From: an uncultured bacterium
GTDB taxonomy: Bacteria > CSSED10-310 > CAZUFC01
NCBI GenBank assembly: GCA_964619725.1
Contig: CAZUFC010000010.1
Location: 55,468 to 119,467, forward strand
Reading direction: 5' to 3'
DNA: 64,000 bases
A model generated the notes under the pieces. That model was given only the letters and a program-made list of their open reading frames with translations, had not been told where the DNA came from and did not search any database. The position numbers and the translations under genes are program-made. Positions within the stretch are counted from its first letter, which is position 1; each line of letters opens with the position of its first letter. Positions 17,069 through 27,377 of this stretch are shown here, piece after piece.

Positions 17069-19216
17069 ATGGCGGAACCACAGAATCAGAATTCACAGAG
17101 AGATGAAGTCAAACTCATCGAGTTACTGAAAGACTCAGGTCTCATTTCCCCTAAACAACTGGAGAAGTCGCTCGAGGAGCAGCAGCGAACAGGGGACAGT
17201 TTATACGACATATTAAGGCGTGATGCGAGTCTTCAAAGTTTTAAGGATTTGTTATGGGGATTTTTCGGTATGGAGATACCGTTGCCGTTCGGCAAGGCCA
17301 AGCGGGACAAGCTGAAGGACGTTCTTTTAAAATCCGGGATAATAACGGATGAGGAGCTTCAGAAGTCGTTGTCGGAAGAGGAGAAGGAGACGCACGTAGG
17401 GGAGCTTTTGCGTGAGAAGGGTATATTGACGGAGGAGCAATTGGAGAAGGCGTTGAAAGAGCAGAAGCGTACGGGACACCCATTTTGGAGGGTATTGATC
17501 AACCTGGACATGATCAAGCCGACGAAGCTGGTAAATTTAATGCAGGATAGATTGACCCAGCCGACGGAATGCGCTCAGGACGAGCTGATAATGGAATTTT
17601 TATCGAACACGGGTTTAATAAGCGAGGATCAGCGTAAGGAAGCGGAGCGTAAGTACAGGGAAAAGGGAGTTCCGATGATCAAGTATTTGATCGAGAAGAA
17701 CTACATCAGTGCAGAGAAGGTAGGGGAGGCGACGGAGCAGCAATTACAGATACCTTTCATTCATATAAAGGGTTATGAGATTGATCCGAATGTAGTATAT
17801 ACGCTACCCGAGGACATAGCGAGGAGCGATAAGATATTGCCTGTTGCGAGAGACGGCAATACGTTGAAATTAGCCATGATCAATCCGCTGGATTCATCAG
17901 TCATCAACAGGGTGAAGCTGATGACGGGGCTGAACATACAGCCTCTGTTGGCGAAGGAATCCGATCTGGAAGATGTGATTGACGAATATTTCAAAAGGGC
18001 TGAAGCATTGATGAGGGAGCCGATAAGCAAGACGGCGGAGGACAAGGGTTTAAGCATGCTGAACATACCGGCGGTGCAATTGGCGAGTTCTTTAATAGAA
18101 GGAGCGATCAATTCGCGAGCGACGGACATCCATTTGGAGCCGCAGTTGCCTTCGATGAGGGTAAGATTCAGGATAGACGGGATGCTATATGATGTGATGT
18201 CGATACCCGAATCGATTCAGCAGTCGGTTTTTTCTCGAATAAAGATATTGGCGAACATGGACATAACGGAACGCCGAAGACCTCAAGACGGTCATATAAC
18301 GATGAAGATACGGGGCAAGGAATTCAATATGCGCGTAGCGACGATCCCTACGCATCTCGGCGAGAAAATGGTTATGCGCGTTTTGGATGAGACTAACGTG
18401 TTGCGGGGAATGAAGCAGTTGGGTTTGGAGGCGGAGGAAGAGGAAAAGCTGGCGCGTCTGATCAACAAGCCGTACGGCATATTACTGGTAACGGGCCCGA
18501 TAGGTTCCGGAAAAACGACGACGCTGTATGCCGCTTTAAACGAAATAAATATTTTGCAGAACAACATCGTCACCATTGAAGACCCGATTGAATACCGTCT
18601 GGCCGGAATTAACCAGGTTCAAGTGAACTATGGAATGGGATTAGGCTTTGCTGAATGTCTCCGGGCCGTATTGCGCCAGGATGCCGATACGCTTATGGTG
18701 GGTGAGATACGTGACGATGAGACCGCAAAGGTAGCGACCTGGGCGGCTTTAACAGGGCAACTCGTTTTTGCGACTCTCCATACCAATGATGCGTCATCGG
18801 CTATTACAATGATGGCCAATTTCAACGTGAGACGTTTTTTCCTGGCCAGCGCTCTGGTTGGCGTAGCGGCCCAAAGATTGGTCCGTCGAATATGTCCGAA
18901 GTGCAAAGAAACCTACAAGCCTTCTGAAGCCGTCATAAAAGAATTAGGAATAAGCGTCGATGAAGATTATGAATTTGCTCGAGGAGTCGGGTGCGATTAT
19001 TGCAAATTCACGGGTTATTATGGAAGAATGGGCGTATTCGAAATAATGGAGATGACGGAAACTATAAAGGACTTAATCCTGGAGGACGCTCCTGATCTTG
19101 AGTTGAAGAAGGCTGCAATCAAAGAAGGCATGAATACTCTGTGGATGAACGGAATAAGAAAAATCAAGGCTCACATAACGACGCCGGAAGAGGTCTTGCG
19201 GGAAGTCAAACTTTAG
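17069..19216 (+). CDS. pilB: PilB/GspE-family assembly ATPase with extended MshEN-like N-terminal repeats
   Basis: ATDIHLEP, RFRIDG, DITERRRPQDG, GPIGSGKTT, EDPIE, VGEIRD, TLHTND, CPKC/CDYC zinc motif. Confidence 0.92.
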   Translation: MAEPQNQNSQRDEVKLIELLKDSGLISPKQLEKSLEEQQRTGDSLYDILRRDASLQSFKDLLWGFFGMEIPLPFGKAKRDKLKDVLLKSGIITDEELQKSLSEEEKETHVGELLREKGILTEEQLEKALKEQKRTGHPFWRVLINLDMIKPTKLVNLMQDRLTQPTECAQDELIMEFLSNTGLISEDQRKEAERKYREKGVPMIKYLIEKNYISAEKVGEATEQQLQIPFIHIKGYEIDPNVVYTLPEDIARSDKILPVARDGNTLKLAMINPLDSSVINRVKLMTGLNIQPLLAKESDLEDVIDEYFKRAEALMREPISKTAEDKGLSMLNIPAVQLASSLIEGAINSRATDIHLEPQLPSMRVRFRIDGMLYDVMSIPESIQQSVFSRIKILANMDITERRRPQDGHITMKIRGKEFNMRVATIPTHLGEKMVMRVLDETNVLRGMKQLGLEAEEEEKLARLINKPYGILLVTGPIGSGKTTTLYAALNEINILQNNIVTIEDPIEYRLAGINQVQVNYGMGLGFAECLRAVLRQDADTLMVGEIRDDETAKVATWAALTGQLVFATLHTNDASSAITMMANFNVRRFFLASALVGVAAQRLVRRICPKCKETYKPSEAVIKELGISVDEDYEFARGVGCDYCKFTGYYGRMGVFEIMEMTETIKDLILEDAPDLELKKAAIKEGMNTLWMNGIRKIKAHITTPEEVLREVKL

Positions 19217-19298
19217 TCATCCGTACATAGTTCTTTTCAGTATTAAAGCCTTACCTGTATGAACCAACTGTCGCATAACTTTAAATGGAGGCGTATTT

Positions 19299-20534
19299 AT
19301 GGCCGAAGAAAATCAAAAAGAACCCGCTGGTCCTGATAAAGAGGGACAATTGCCGCAGCAGGACTTAAGAGACGATATTCGATCAAAACTCATGTCGGAA
19401 TTGGGGAAAGCCCGTCAATTTCCTGAAACTAAGCAAAAGTTGTCGATCTGGGAGAGAATAAAGCAAATGTTGACGGGCCGGGTATCGCTGAAAGATGTGG
19501 CGAGTTTCAGCCGGCAATTATCCATGCTGATTGATGTAGGCATTCCGCTGATAAGAGCGCTGAATATTCTCGCGAAGAGGACGCCGAAACAATCGATGAG
19601 GAGAGTCATCGCTCAGATCGGAGAAACTGTTGAAAGCGGAGCTCCGTTATCTGAGGGTTTGGCGAAATTTCCTTATCATTTTTCCCGTTATTACATCAGT
19701 TCGATAAAAGCGGGCGAAACCACCGGCACACTGGGAACAGCGCTACGATTATTGGCTGATTATCAGGAAGATGAGAAAGAGATGAAAAGGAAATTTCAGT
19801 CAGCCATGGTTTTGCCTGTAGCGACTATCATAGCGGCCATTGCGGTTTTAGGGATTTTAATGGTTCGGGTTGTCCCCGAATTTCAAAAAGTGTATGCGAA
19901 CTCGGAAGTTGAACTGCCCGGAGTGACTCAATTCTTGATAAACATTACGAATTTCATCGTTAATTATTACTTCATCCTGATCCCCCTTCTGGTCATCCTG
20001 ATAATTCTCTTTTTACTCTTTCGACTCACTCCAGTGTATGCTGACTTTTCGGACAGACTGAAATTAAAAATACCCGTTTTGAGCTATATTCACAGAAGCG
20101 GTATCGCTTATCGTTTTTCACGATTAATGTCGATGATGCTTAAATCAGGAGTTCCTATCCATGAAGCGTTCAGGATCATGGAAGATGGCGTGGGAAACGC
20201 TGTAGTTTCTGATGCCCTGAGAAACGCCAACAGATTCATCAGCGAAGGAAACACCATCGAATATTCGCTGAGAAAAAACAAAGTATTCTCAGAATTCATC
20301 ATTGACATCATCGGCGTAGGCGAAGAAACAGGAGCGGTGGACGAAGTTTTGAATAAAATGGCATCGAATCTCGAAGATGATCTTAAAGCGCTTTATGACA
20401 ATTTGGCCGTCCTGCTGGAACCGATAATGCTGCTTCTTGTCGGCGGCCTGGTCCTTATCCTAGCGTTAGCTCTATTCCTGCCCTATTACGCCATTGGTCC
20501 CGCCCTGCTCAATCCGGGATACAGGAGGTTCTAG
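19299..20534 (+). CDS. pilC: PilC/GspF-family inner-membrane platform protein
   Basis: FSRQLSMLIDVGIPL, AGETTG, VGEETG, LLEPIM; three hydrophobic segments; directly follows pilB. Confidence 0.92.
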   Translation: MAEENQKEPAGPDKEGQLPQQDLRDDIRSKLMSELGKARQFPETKQKLSIWERIKQMLTGRVSLKDVASFSRQLSMLIDVGIPLIRALNILAKRTPKQSMRRVIAQIGETVESGAPLSEGLAKFPYHFSRYYISSIKAGETTGTLGTALRLLADYQEDEKEMKRKFQSAMVLPVATIIAAIAVLGILMVRVVPEFQKVYANSEVELPGVTQFLINITNFIVNYYFILIPLLVILIILFLLFRLTPVYADFSDRLKLKIPVLSYIHRSGIAYRFSRLMSMMLKSGVPIHEAFRIMEDGVGNAVVSDALRNANRFISEGNTIEYSLRKNKVFSEFIIDIIGVGEETGAVDEVLNKMASNLEDDLKALYDNLAVLLEPIMLLLVGGLVLILALALFLPYYAIGPALLNPGYRRF

Positions 20535-20705
20535 CTTCAGGATACCGGCTGCCGGGCGCCGAATACGGGAAACCGCATCGCTTAAAAGGCAGCCTCATAC
20601 CAAACCCAGATTCGCCGAACAAGCGATTATCGTTTTTGAACGGTCATGCCGGTCGTCTCATTCCCCTTGTTCGCGTATTTACTTCGTAATTATTTATTCC
20701 GTTTG

Positions 20706-20830
20706 CGACAGCGATACCGGCGCCGACCACGATACCTGAACTGACGGCTGTCAATGAAAAAACAGCGGCAAGTTCTTCCGGCAGATATTTGTGGGACAGA
20801 ATTAGTTTTTAATGAGGATTTCGATCAGTC
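20706..20830 (+). repeat. Degenerate copy of the hexamer-array/65-bp-core element
   Basis: Five CGNNNN units, then CTGAACTGACGGCTGTCAA (cf. CTGAAACAAACTGTCAA) and a distal GATTTCGATCAGTC (cf. GATTTGATCAGTC). Confidence 0.45.
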
Positions 20831-20864
20831 AAATAATCTGCGAAAAAGTGTAACCTCATTTTGA

Positions 20865-22028
20865 TCAGCCCCGAAAACGGTTTAAAAGTGCAGGCGCAAA
20901 CAGACACAGTGCAGCGCCGCCCACAGCCGCCAACCAGAACTCAAAGAGACTGAAAATCGTTATATGATGCTTTTTGTGGATGCTGAGGGGGACCGAGCGT
21001 ATATTTTCGGGCTTAAAGATATGGATTCTGGCCAGCCTGTAAGGCCGCCAGGCCAGGTTTTGAGCCGTCACTCCAGGCAAATAATACTTTACGGCGATGT
21101 TGAACTCTTTATACGCCGCATTGTATTGCTCCTGCATTTTTCCGAAATCGGGAACCGCAACTCCTTTTAAAAGCAGAAGCAGTAATCGGCTCAATTCAAT
21201 TTTGAATGCATGGTCATAGTGAAAATTGACCATGTGATAATGAGCGGCAGCTTCATCAAGATACGCTTGGCGCAATTCCGCCGGTAATGCTTTCACTCCC
21301 TCGGCTCTGGCCTTTTCCAATTGTTCTCTTGTCAGGGAACTTTTAAAAGCCCCCCATTCCGGGTCCTCAATGGTGAAACCGTATTCATGCGCAGCGGTCA
21401 TAAACAAAGCGACCGCAATAAAGACGAAAGCGAGAAGAAAAGACAATCTTTTAAGGTCGGTTTTTCTGATTTTTTCATATAAACCTGCGGGCTTAACGGA
21501 GAACGCGATTATCATCTGTGAAAGAACACCGGCGGTACCGTTGATTACAATATCCCTGTATTCGCCGACTCTGTTAGGCAACGCCCATTGAATGGTTTCA
21601 TCCCCCATACCGGCCAGAAAAACGGCTATGGCCGTATAAAAATAAACGATAATACCATCTTCCCAGCAACGGAATGTTCTATAAAACAGAAAACCGAGAA
21701 TCCCATATTGAATATAGTGAACTCTTTCGATCGCAACGTCCAGGATCATGAATGCGTAGGCATAGATTCCGGCCAGAATGACGGCGGCGATGACAGAGGA
21801 GATGCCTTTGAATTTGATGCGGCGGATCAAATAATAGAGCAACCCGGCGAGAAAAACGAGCGCGATAAAAATGACGGAATTGTAAATAGAATCCCCGAAA
21901 ACCGATGTAAGAATAGTGCGGATATGCGGCATTATGCCCAGCGTCGCATAAATGAAAAGGATATAAATGAAAGTTAAGCTGCTCCACAGAATCTTTTTTT
22001 TCCTGCTGTCCTCCTCAACGACCGGCAT
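20865..22028 (-). CDS. VanZ-like domain membrane protein with C-terminal extension
   Basis: ERVHYIQYGILG, DETIQWALPNRVGEYRDIVIN; ATG 22028 behind GGAGG. Confidence 0.75.
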   Translation of the reverse strand: MPVVEEDSRKKKILWSSLTFIYILFIYATLGIMPHIRTILTSVFGDSIYNSVIFIALVFLAGLLYYLIRRIKFKGISSVIAAVILAGIYAYAFMILDVAIERVHYIQYGILGFLFYRTFRCWEDGIIVYFYTAIAVFLAGMGDETIQWALPNRVGEYRDIVINGTAGVLSQMIIAFSVKPAGLYEKIRKTDLKRLSFLLAFVFIAVALFMTAAHEYGFTIEDPEWGAFKSSLTREQLEKARAEGVKALPAELRQAYLDEAAAHYHMVNFHYDHAFKIELSRLLLLLLKGVAVPDFGKMQEQYNAAYKEFNIAVKYYLPGVTAQNLAWRPYRLARIHIFKPENIRSVPLSIHKKHHITIFSLFEFWLAAVGGAALCLFAPALLNRFRG

Positions 22029-22114
22029 AATGCCTCCTGTCAGCAAAATGAACGTTTTTTAATAAAAAAACAGGGGAATAGGCCATGTTTTTCCGAATGC
22101 GGTCCGATATCTTT

Positions 22115-23422
22115 TCATATTTTATTTCTGAATTTATCCCGTCCTTCCGGTGAAGCAGAAGTAGCGTTTTTTCTTATGACGAGTTCCCATTTACCCGTCA
22201 CGAAACTTTGGGGATCAATATCCCGGTTCACGACGATCCCCGGTCCGACAAATGAGTCGGCTCCTATCCGCACAGCGGGCATAAAATTAGCGTTAATCCC
22301 AGTGCGGACATTGTTTCCGGTCATCAAACCCAATTTATTCCTTCCCGTACCGATCTTTTTCCCGTTGATTTTAACTTTAATTTCCTGTTCGTCCAGGCGC
22401 AGATTTGCGGTAACCGTTCCGGAACCGAAAGAAACGTTATTGCCGACTATGCTGTCGCCGATGTAATTCGTATGAGTCCACACGCCTTTTCCCAGAAAAC
22501 TTCTGGCGATTTCTGTTCCGAAACCCACAATAGAGTCCTCACCGACATGAGATTCCCTTACCAGGGCATTATTCGCCACCACAGCATTCTTCCCGATATA
22601 TGCCGGTCCCCTTACAACGGCTCCTTCGAAAATCCTGACGCCGTCTTCAATAATAACCTCCCCTTTTATTACAGCCTGGGGAGATATCTCCGCCTTTTCA
22701 GAAATGCCGGATTCTTGATTCTGAAAGAAATATTCCATTATATCCAATACATGCCAGGGATATTTGAACGGATGCCACTGTCCCTGATATTCGACAACCT
22801 GGTATTTCATCCCTGCTTTGAACATCCCGGACAGTCCCAATTCATATTTGTCGTCACGGTCGCCCGTTACACCCCTCAATCGTTTCTGTAATAATTCGGA
22901 ACTCCTGTGATAATGAACCACCAGGTTCACAAGATCGCTCGGCTCCCGACCGGCTCCAGGCTTCTCTATTATTTCCTGTATTATCCCGCCAGAGTCGATT
23001 TTTAAATATCCGCCGGGAAAATATTCTTCAGTCACTCTCGCCAGAATCGCACCGTCCAGTCCCTTATTCTGTGAAATTTTCAGCAAATCGGAATAGCCCC
23101 TCTTTTCGATTAGATCGTTCGTGCTTACTATTAACAAAGGAGTATCCTGCATCCTGGGGAGACTCAACACAGCCCCGGCCATGCCCGGATGCTCGGAATC
23201 CTGAACATGAAAACTCCCCTCAATCCCGAGCTTTTTAGCCAAAGAACGAACGTTAGACTGGTTCGAGTCATTCACGATAAAAATGAAATCCTCCGCTCCT
23301 GAAGAAAGCAGTCCCTCCAGTATGTATTGAATAAGGGGTTTACCGAAAAACGAAACGAATATTTTGTCTTCAATGGGAGCAGCGCGTAAACTCTTTCCTC
23401 CTGCCAAAATTACGGTTTTCAT
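22115..23422 (-). CDS. Bifunctional sugar-1-phosphate nucleotidyltransferase/acetyltransferase (archaeal-type GlmU-like)
   Basis: VILAGG, EKP, YPW, hexapeptide repeats, YIGDSIVG, GTVTANLRLD, GRNKLG. Confidence 0.85.
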   Translation of the reverse strand: MKTVILAGGKSLRAAPIEDKIFVSFFGKPLIQYILEGLLSSGAEDFIFIVNDSNQSNVRSLAKKLGIEGSFHVQDSEHPGMAGAVLSLPRMQDTPLLIVSTNDLIEKRGYSDLLKISQNKGLDGAILARVTEEYFPGGYLKIDSGGIIQEIIEKPGAGREPSDLVNLVVHYHRSSELLQKRLRGVTGDRDDKYELGLSGMFKAGMKYQVVEYQGQWHPFKYPWHVLDIMEYFFQNQESGISEKAEISPQAVIKGEVIIEDGVRIFEGAVVRGPAYIGKNAVVANNALVRESHVGEDSIVGFGTEIARSFLGKGVWTHTNYIGDSIVGNNVSFGSGTVTANLRLDEQEIKVKINGKKIGTGRNKLGLMTGNNVRTGINANFMPAVRIGADSFVGPGIVVNRDIDPQSFVTGKWELVIRKNATSASPEGRDKFRNKI

Positions 23423-23587
23423 TTGTTCACTCCTTCAAAATCATATTCAAATTGTCCGTATGCATTAAGTTTCATGCGTGAACGACATTCGGCCCTTAAA
23501 GATTCTCATTTTTTTTCTTTAATTGTCAATCATCAATGTTTTAAAAATATAAATCGTCTCCCCGTAAAATCAGACCTGAAAAATAAT

Positions 23588-23614
23588 TAAAGTTTTCCGA
23601 AAATGGGACGAAGA
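23588..23614 (+). promoter_or_regulatory. Putative sigma-28 (FliA-type) promoter
   Basis: TAAAGTTT-N11-GACGAAGA versus consensus TAAAGTTT-N11-GCCGATAA, upstream of a flagellar-rod-like gene. Confidence 0.5.
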
Positions 23615-23659
23615 AAGAAATGGAGGAACATATGACCACCCTGGAAAGGCGGAAAAAAC

Positions 23660-24007
23660 ATGATAGGCGCACTGCATATAGCTCGTTCGGCCTTACATGC
23701 ATTTAAAACGATGCTGGGGACTTCAGCCCACAATCTGGCCAATTCCGAGACGAAGGGGTTCAAGTCTCAGAGAGCGGAATTTTCTGAAACGGAATCAGGC
23801 GGAGTGAAGGTAACGATCACGCAGGACGAAAGCCCTGGGATACCGCTGGGCGAGGATGAAGAAGGCAATACGATAGAATCGTCCAATACGGATTTAATTA
23901 CAGAGACGACGAATTTGACCGTAGCTCAAAGGGGATATGAAGCGAACGTCCAGGTACTGAAAACAGCGCAGGAAATGGATGAGCATACATTAGACATTAT
24001 CGGCTGA
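23660..24007 (+). CDS. Short flagellar basal-body rod/hook-like protein (N- and C-terminal rod motifs only)
   Basis: SAHNLANSETKGFK, SNTDLITE, AQRGYEANVQVLKTAQEM. Confidence 0.85.
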   Translation: MIGALHIARSALHAFKTMLGTSAHNLANSETKGFKSQRAEFSETESGGVKVTITQDESPGIPLGEDEEGNTIESSNTDLITETTNLTVAQRGYEANVQVLKTAQEMDEHTLDIIG

Positions 24008-24061
24008 AACTGTCTTGCCGGATGAATGTGTTGAATCAGGCGTTTTGCACCGGGAGCAGAA

Positions 24062-25834
24062 TCAGGAAGCGGTGAATCTTTCTTCCAGCCCCTTGATCAT
24101 TTTATCGACTTGAGCGCCGGTATTGGAAAGGTCCTGGAAAGATATGTTAAAGCGTTCGAGGAGGTCTTCATCCAGATTCTCTGAGAAATCAGGCTCTTCG
24201 GCCAGGTGAGTCATCTGATTAGCTATGTAGACGTAAGCTGTGAGGGAATCAGTGATGATTTCCGGCTTATGATGATAACGAACTGCGTTGCACAGAGAAT
24301 GGGGCAGCTTCCAGTTTTCCAGGAGCCAGGCGCCTATTTCGTCGTGAGTCATACCGAAGATCAAGGTTTCGGTAATGACCGAGGAGCGGCCCTGGGAATT
24401 CAGTTCCTGAACTCTCTGGAATTTTTCGACGAAATTCTTATTCAGCAATATCTTGCCGACATCGTGCAAAAGGCCGGCGGTAAAAGCTTCGCTTTCAGGG
24501 ACGTCCTGTTTCAAGTCGGCGAGGTTCTGTGCGAAGCAGGCGCATCGCAGGCAGTGTTTCCATAGAGGATACTGATTGACTGAGCGCAACATATTGACGA
24601 TTTCCGCGGTCATCATAATGTCTTTAAGCTTAACGGCGCCGACGAAGGGCAGGGCTTCCTGCAGCGATGTGACGTCGCGTCCAAGCCCATAATCTGCTGA
24701 ATTGACCAAACGCAGAATAGTGGTCGTAATACCGACGTCAGCGCTGAGCAATTCCTCGACTCTTTTCCATTCGAATGATTCCTGTTCCAGGATATTCAGA
24801 ACGGATTGTATAATAGGCGAAATAGAGGGCAAGTTGTTCGTGTCTTCAATAACTTTCCTGACTTCAGCGACTGAGCGCAGGCACATCAGGGCTTCAACGA
24901 CATCGGGATCGAATTGAGTATTTTTACAGCGGTTCAATTCTTCAGCCGCCTTTTGATGCGAAAAAGCCTGCCGGTATGGACGATGACTGGTTAAAGCGTC
25001 ATAAGCATCCGCCACCGATATGATCCTGACCAGCAACGGTATCTGATCGCCCTTCAGTCCGTCAGGATACCCCGACCCGTCAAGCCGTTCATGATGATTC
25101 CGAATAAGAGGAAGGATCGCCTCCAATCCCGGTAGTCCGACGAGCATCATGTAACCGCGCCTGGGGTGAAGCTTGATCAATTCCCATTCGTCTTCCTCCA
25201 GGTATCCGGGTTTTTGAAGGACCGCATCAGGTATACCGAATTTACCTATATCATGAAGACTGCCTCCCAGCTCCAGTATTCGCAACTGCTCTTCATCCAG
25301 ATTCATCTGATGACCGATAATCAAGGCATATTCCGTAACGCGATGCGAATGACCTCGCGTGTAAGGGTCCTTCGCTTCCAGAGCGCTTGTAATCGTGCGG
25401 AAAAGTCCCTTGAACATTCGATCGAAATCCCTGGCCTTCTTTAAATTATGATAATGACTCAAAGCTTCCTGCACAGCGCTTTCCAGATTGCCGTTTTCCG
25501 CAGGCCTGCTGATGATCCGGAACAGCCCTACGTTATTCACGGCTTTCAAAAGTTCATCAGAGGATATTTGATCGCTTACGACTATTCTTACTGTTTCAGG
25601 CGAAATTTCTGCTGAACGACTTAACAACTGAAGACCGCTCATATCATTTAAATATGAATCGGCAATGACTACGGAGCATCGCTTCTTCTGAATTATTCCT
25701 AATGCGTCTTCCCCCCTGGGCGCCTTTAATATTTCTACTTGTTTTTTATTCGCACCGTTCAGGTTTTCAGAAATTTTTTCCTTCAACCCAACAGTCAACA
25801 CTACAGATGTTTCCTCCATGACAAGTTTCTCCAT
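24062..25834 (-). CDS. REC / HD-GYP phosphodiesterase / HDOD protein
   Basis: KDPYTRGHSHRV, LHDIGK, HHERLDGSGYPDGL, ADAYDALTSHRPY; HDOD LPS, ILRLVNSA, GLLHDVGK, HH.P. Confidence 0.92.
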   Translation of the reverse strand: MEKLVMEETSVVLTVGLKEKISENLNGANKKQVEILKAPRGEDALGIIQKKRCSVVIADSYLNDMSGLQLLSRSAEISPETVRIVVSDQISSDELLKAVNNVGLFRIISRPAENGNLESAVQEALSHYHNLKKARDFDRMFKGLFRTITSALEAKDPYTRGHSHRVTEYALIIGHQMNLDEEQLRILELGGSLHDIGKFGIPDAVLQKPGYLEEDEWELIKLHPRRGYMMLVGLPGLEAILPLIRNHHERLDGSGYPDGLKGDQIPLLVRIISVADAYDALTSHRPYRQAFSHQKAAEELNRCKNTQFDPDVVEALMCLRSVAEVRKVIEDTNNLPSISPIIQSVLNILEQESFEWKRVEELLSADVGITTTILRLVNSADYGLGRDVTSLQEALPFVGAVKLKDIMMTAEIVNMLRSVNQYPLWKHCLRCACFAQNLADLKQDVPESEAFTAGLLHDVGKILLNKNFVEKFQRVQELNSQGRSSVITETLIFGMTHDEIGAWLLENWKLPHSLCNAVRYHHKPEIITDSLTAYVYIANQMTHLAEEPDFSENLDEDLLERFNISFQDLSNTGAQVDKMIKGLEERFTAS

Positions 25835-25858
25835 TCATTATTAAATTGTTGAAAAAAT

Positions 25859-26860
25859 TTACCGATTGATGCGTTCGAAACCGTCGGGATTATTTTTGTG
25901 CCATTTCCACGCCGTTTCGACAATAACTTCGAGATCGTCGTATTGAGGGGCCCAACCCAATTCAGTTTTTATACGTTTAGAGGAAGCGATCAAAGCGCTG
26001 GGATCGCCCGGTCTTCTGGCTGCGGGTCGGTAAGGTATATCTATACCCGTCACTCGACTCGCCGTCTCAATTACCTCTTTAACCGTGAATCCCCGTTCGC
26101 TTCCTAAATTGTACGCCTCGCTTCTGCAACCCTTCAGAAGCGCGTCCAACGCCTTTACATGGGCCTGAGCCAGGTCGAGCACATGGACGTAATCCCGGAC
26201 GCATGTTCCGTCTCTCGTCGGATAATCCGTTCCATATATCTCGACGAATTCTCGTTTTCCCAAAGCCGCCTGCAACACCAGAGGAATCAGATGAGTTTCA
26301 GGATCATGGTCTTCGCCTATTCGGCCTTCCAGCTCTGCGCCCGAGGCATTGAAATATCGGAGGGAGATATATCTAAGTTTATACGCTGAATCGTAATACT
26401 TAAGTATTTTCTCCAGCATAAGCTTCGACTCCCCATACATATTGACCGGATTCTTCGGATGCTCTTCCGTGATAGGAACTTCTTCCGGTTCGCCATATAC
26501 GGCTGCGGTCGAAGAAAATACAAATTTCTCCACCCCTTCATCCATCAAACAGTTCAGAAACTGAAACGTTTTAACCGTGTTATCGTTCATATATTTTCTG
26601 GGATTCTCCACCGATTCCGAAACCAGTGTTTTTGCCGCGAAATGCATGACAGCATTAATCTCCCTCTCGCGAACGACCGATTTCAAAAGTTCGCCATCCG
26701 ATATGTCGCCTACGGTTATAATATCAGAGGGTACGGAATCCCTGTGGCCCTGCGACAGATCATCCAATACATGAACCTTATAGCCTTTCCTGATGAGTTC
26801 GAGGACCACGTGACTTCCAATATATCCAGCACCTCCGGAAACTAAAACAGACGCAGACAT
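25859..26860 (-). CDS. galE: UDP-glucose 4-epimerase
   Basis: SGGAGYIGSH, FSSTAAVYG, YGESK, LRYFN, DGTCVRDYVHV; probable ATG 26860. Confidence 0.96.
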   Translation of the reverse strand: MSASVLVSGGAGYIGSHVVLELIRKGYKVHVLDDLSQGHRDSVPSDIITVGDISDGELLKSVVREREINAVMHFAAKTLVSESVENPRKYMNDNTVKTFQFLNCLMDEGVEKFVFSSTAAVYGEPEEVPITEEHPKNPVNMYGESKLMLEKILKYYDSAYKLRYISLRYFNASGAELEGRIGEDHDPETHLIPLVLQAALGKREFVEIYGTDYPTRDGTCVRDYVHVLDLAQAHVKALDALLKGCRSEAYNLGSERGFTVKEVIETASRVTGIDIPYRPAARRPGDPSALIASSKRIKTELGWAPQYDDLEVIVETAWKWHKNNPDGFERINR

Positions 26861-27377
26861 CCCTTCCTCCTGATCAATTATTCGGAAATAAGCATACAAG
26901 TTACCCTACTCATCCACCACGACTTCATTTTAATCAAATTTGTTCCCAACGTCAAATTATTTCTCATACTAATTAGTTTTTGTCCATAAACGGCGAATTT
27001 TTCCCAATTCTGCGTCTGTCTTCGGATTTGCTCAGCCAAAGTATAAGCGCCGCCCCTGCCTCGCAAATCATTACCATCCTTGTCTTAAGAAAAATTCGCT
27101 CGTTTATGGATCAAAAACCGCAGTGACTGTCCAGCATTAAATTTTGAATCGACAATCGAGTTTATGGACAGGCACTAATTGAAAATCTTTCTCAATCAGC
27201 GCATGTTCACAAGCCCATTTAATTACTTTACGGATCGGCGAACAGGCTTTTTGAGTTCCTGCTTCATAAAGGAACGAATTATTTTGATGGATGCCCCAAT
27301 TTTTTTTGCAGCTTGCCGAGTCATCCGTTTTATGGTAATTATTTTTGAGTTTTTAAAGGGGGACGAGTCGAAACGCC

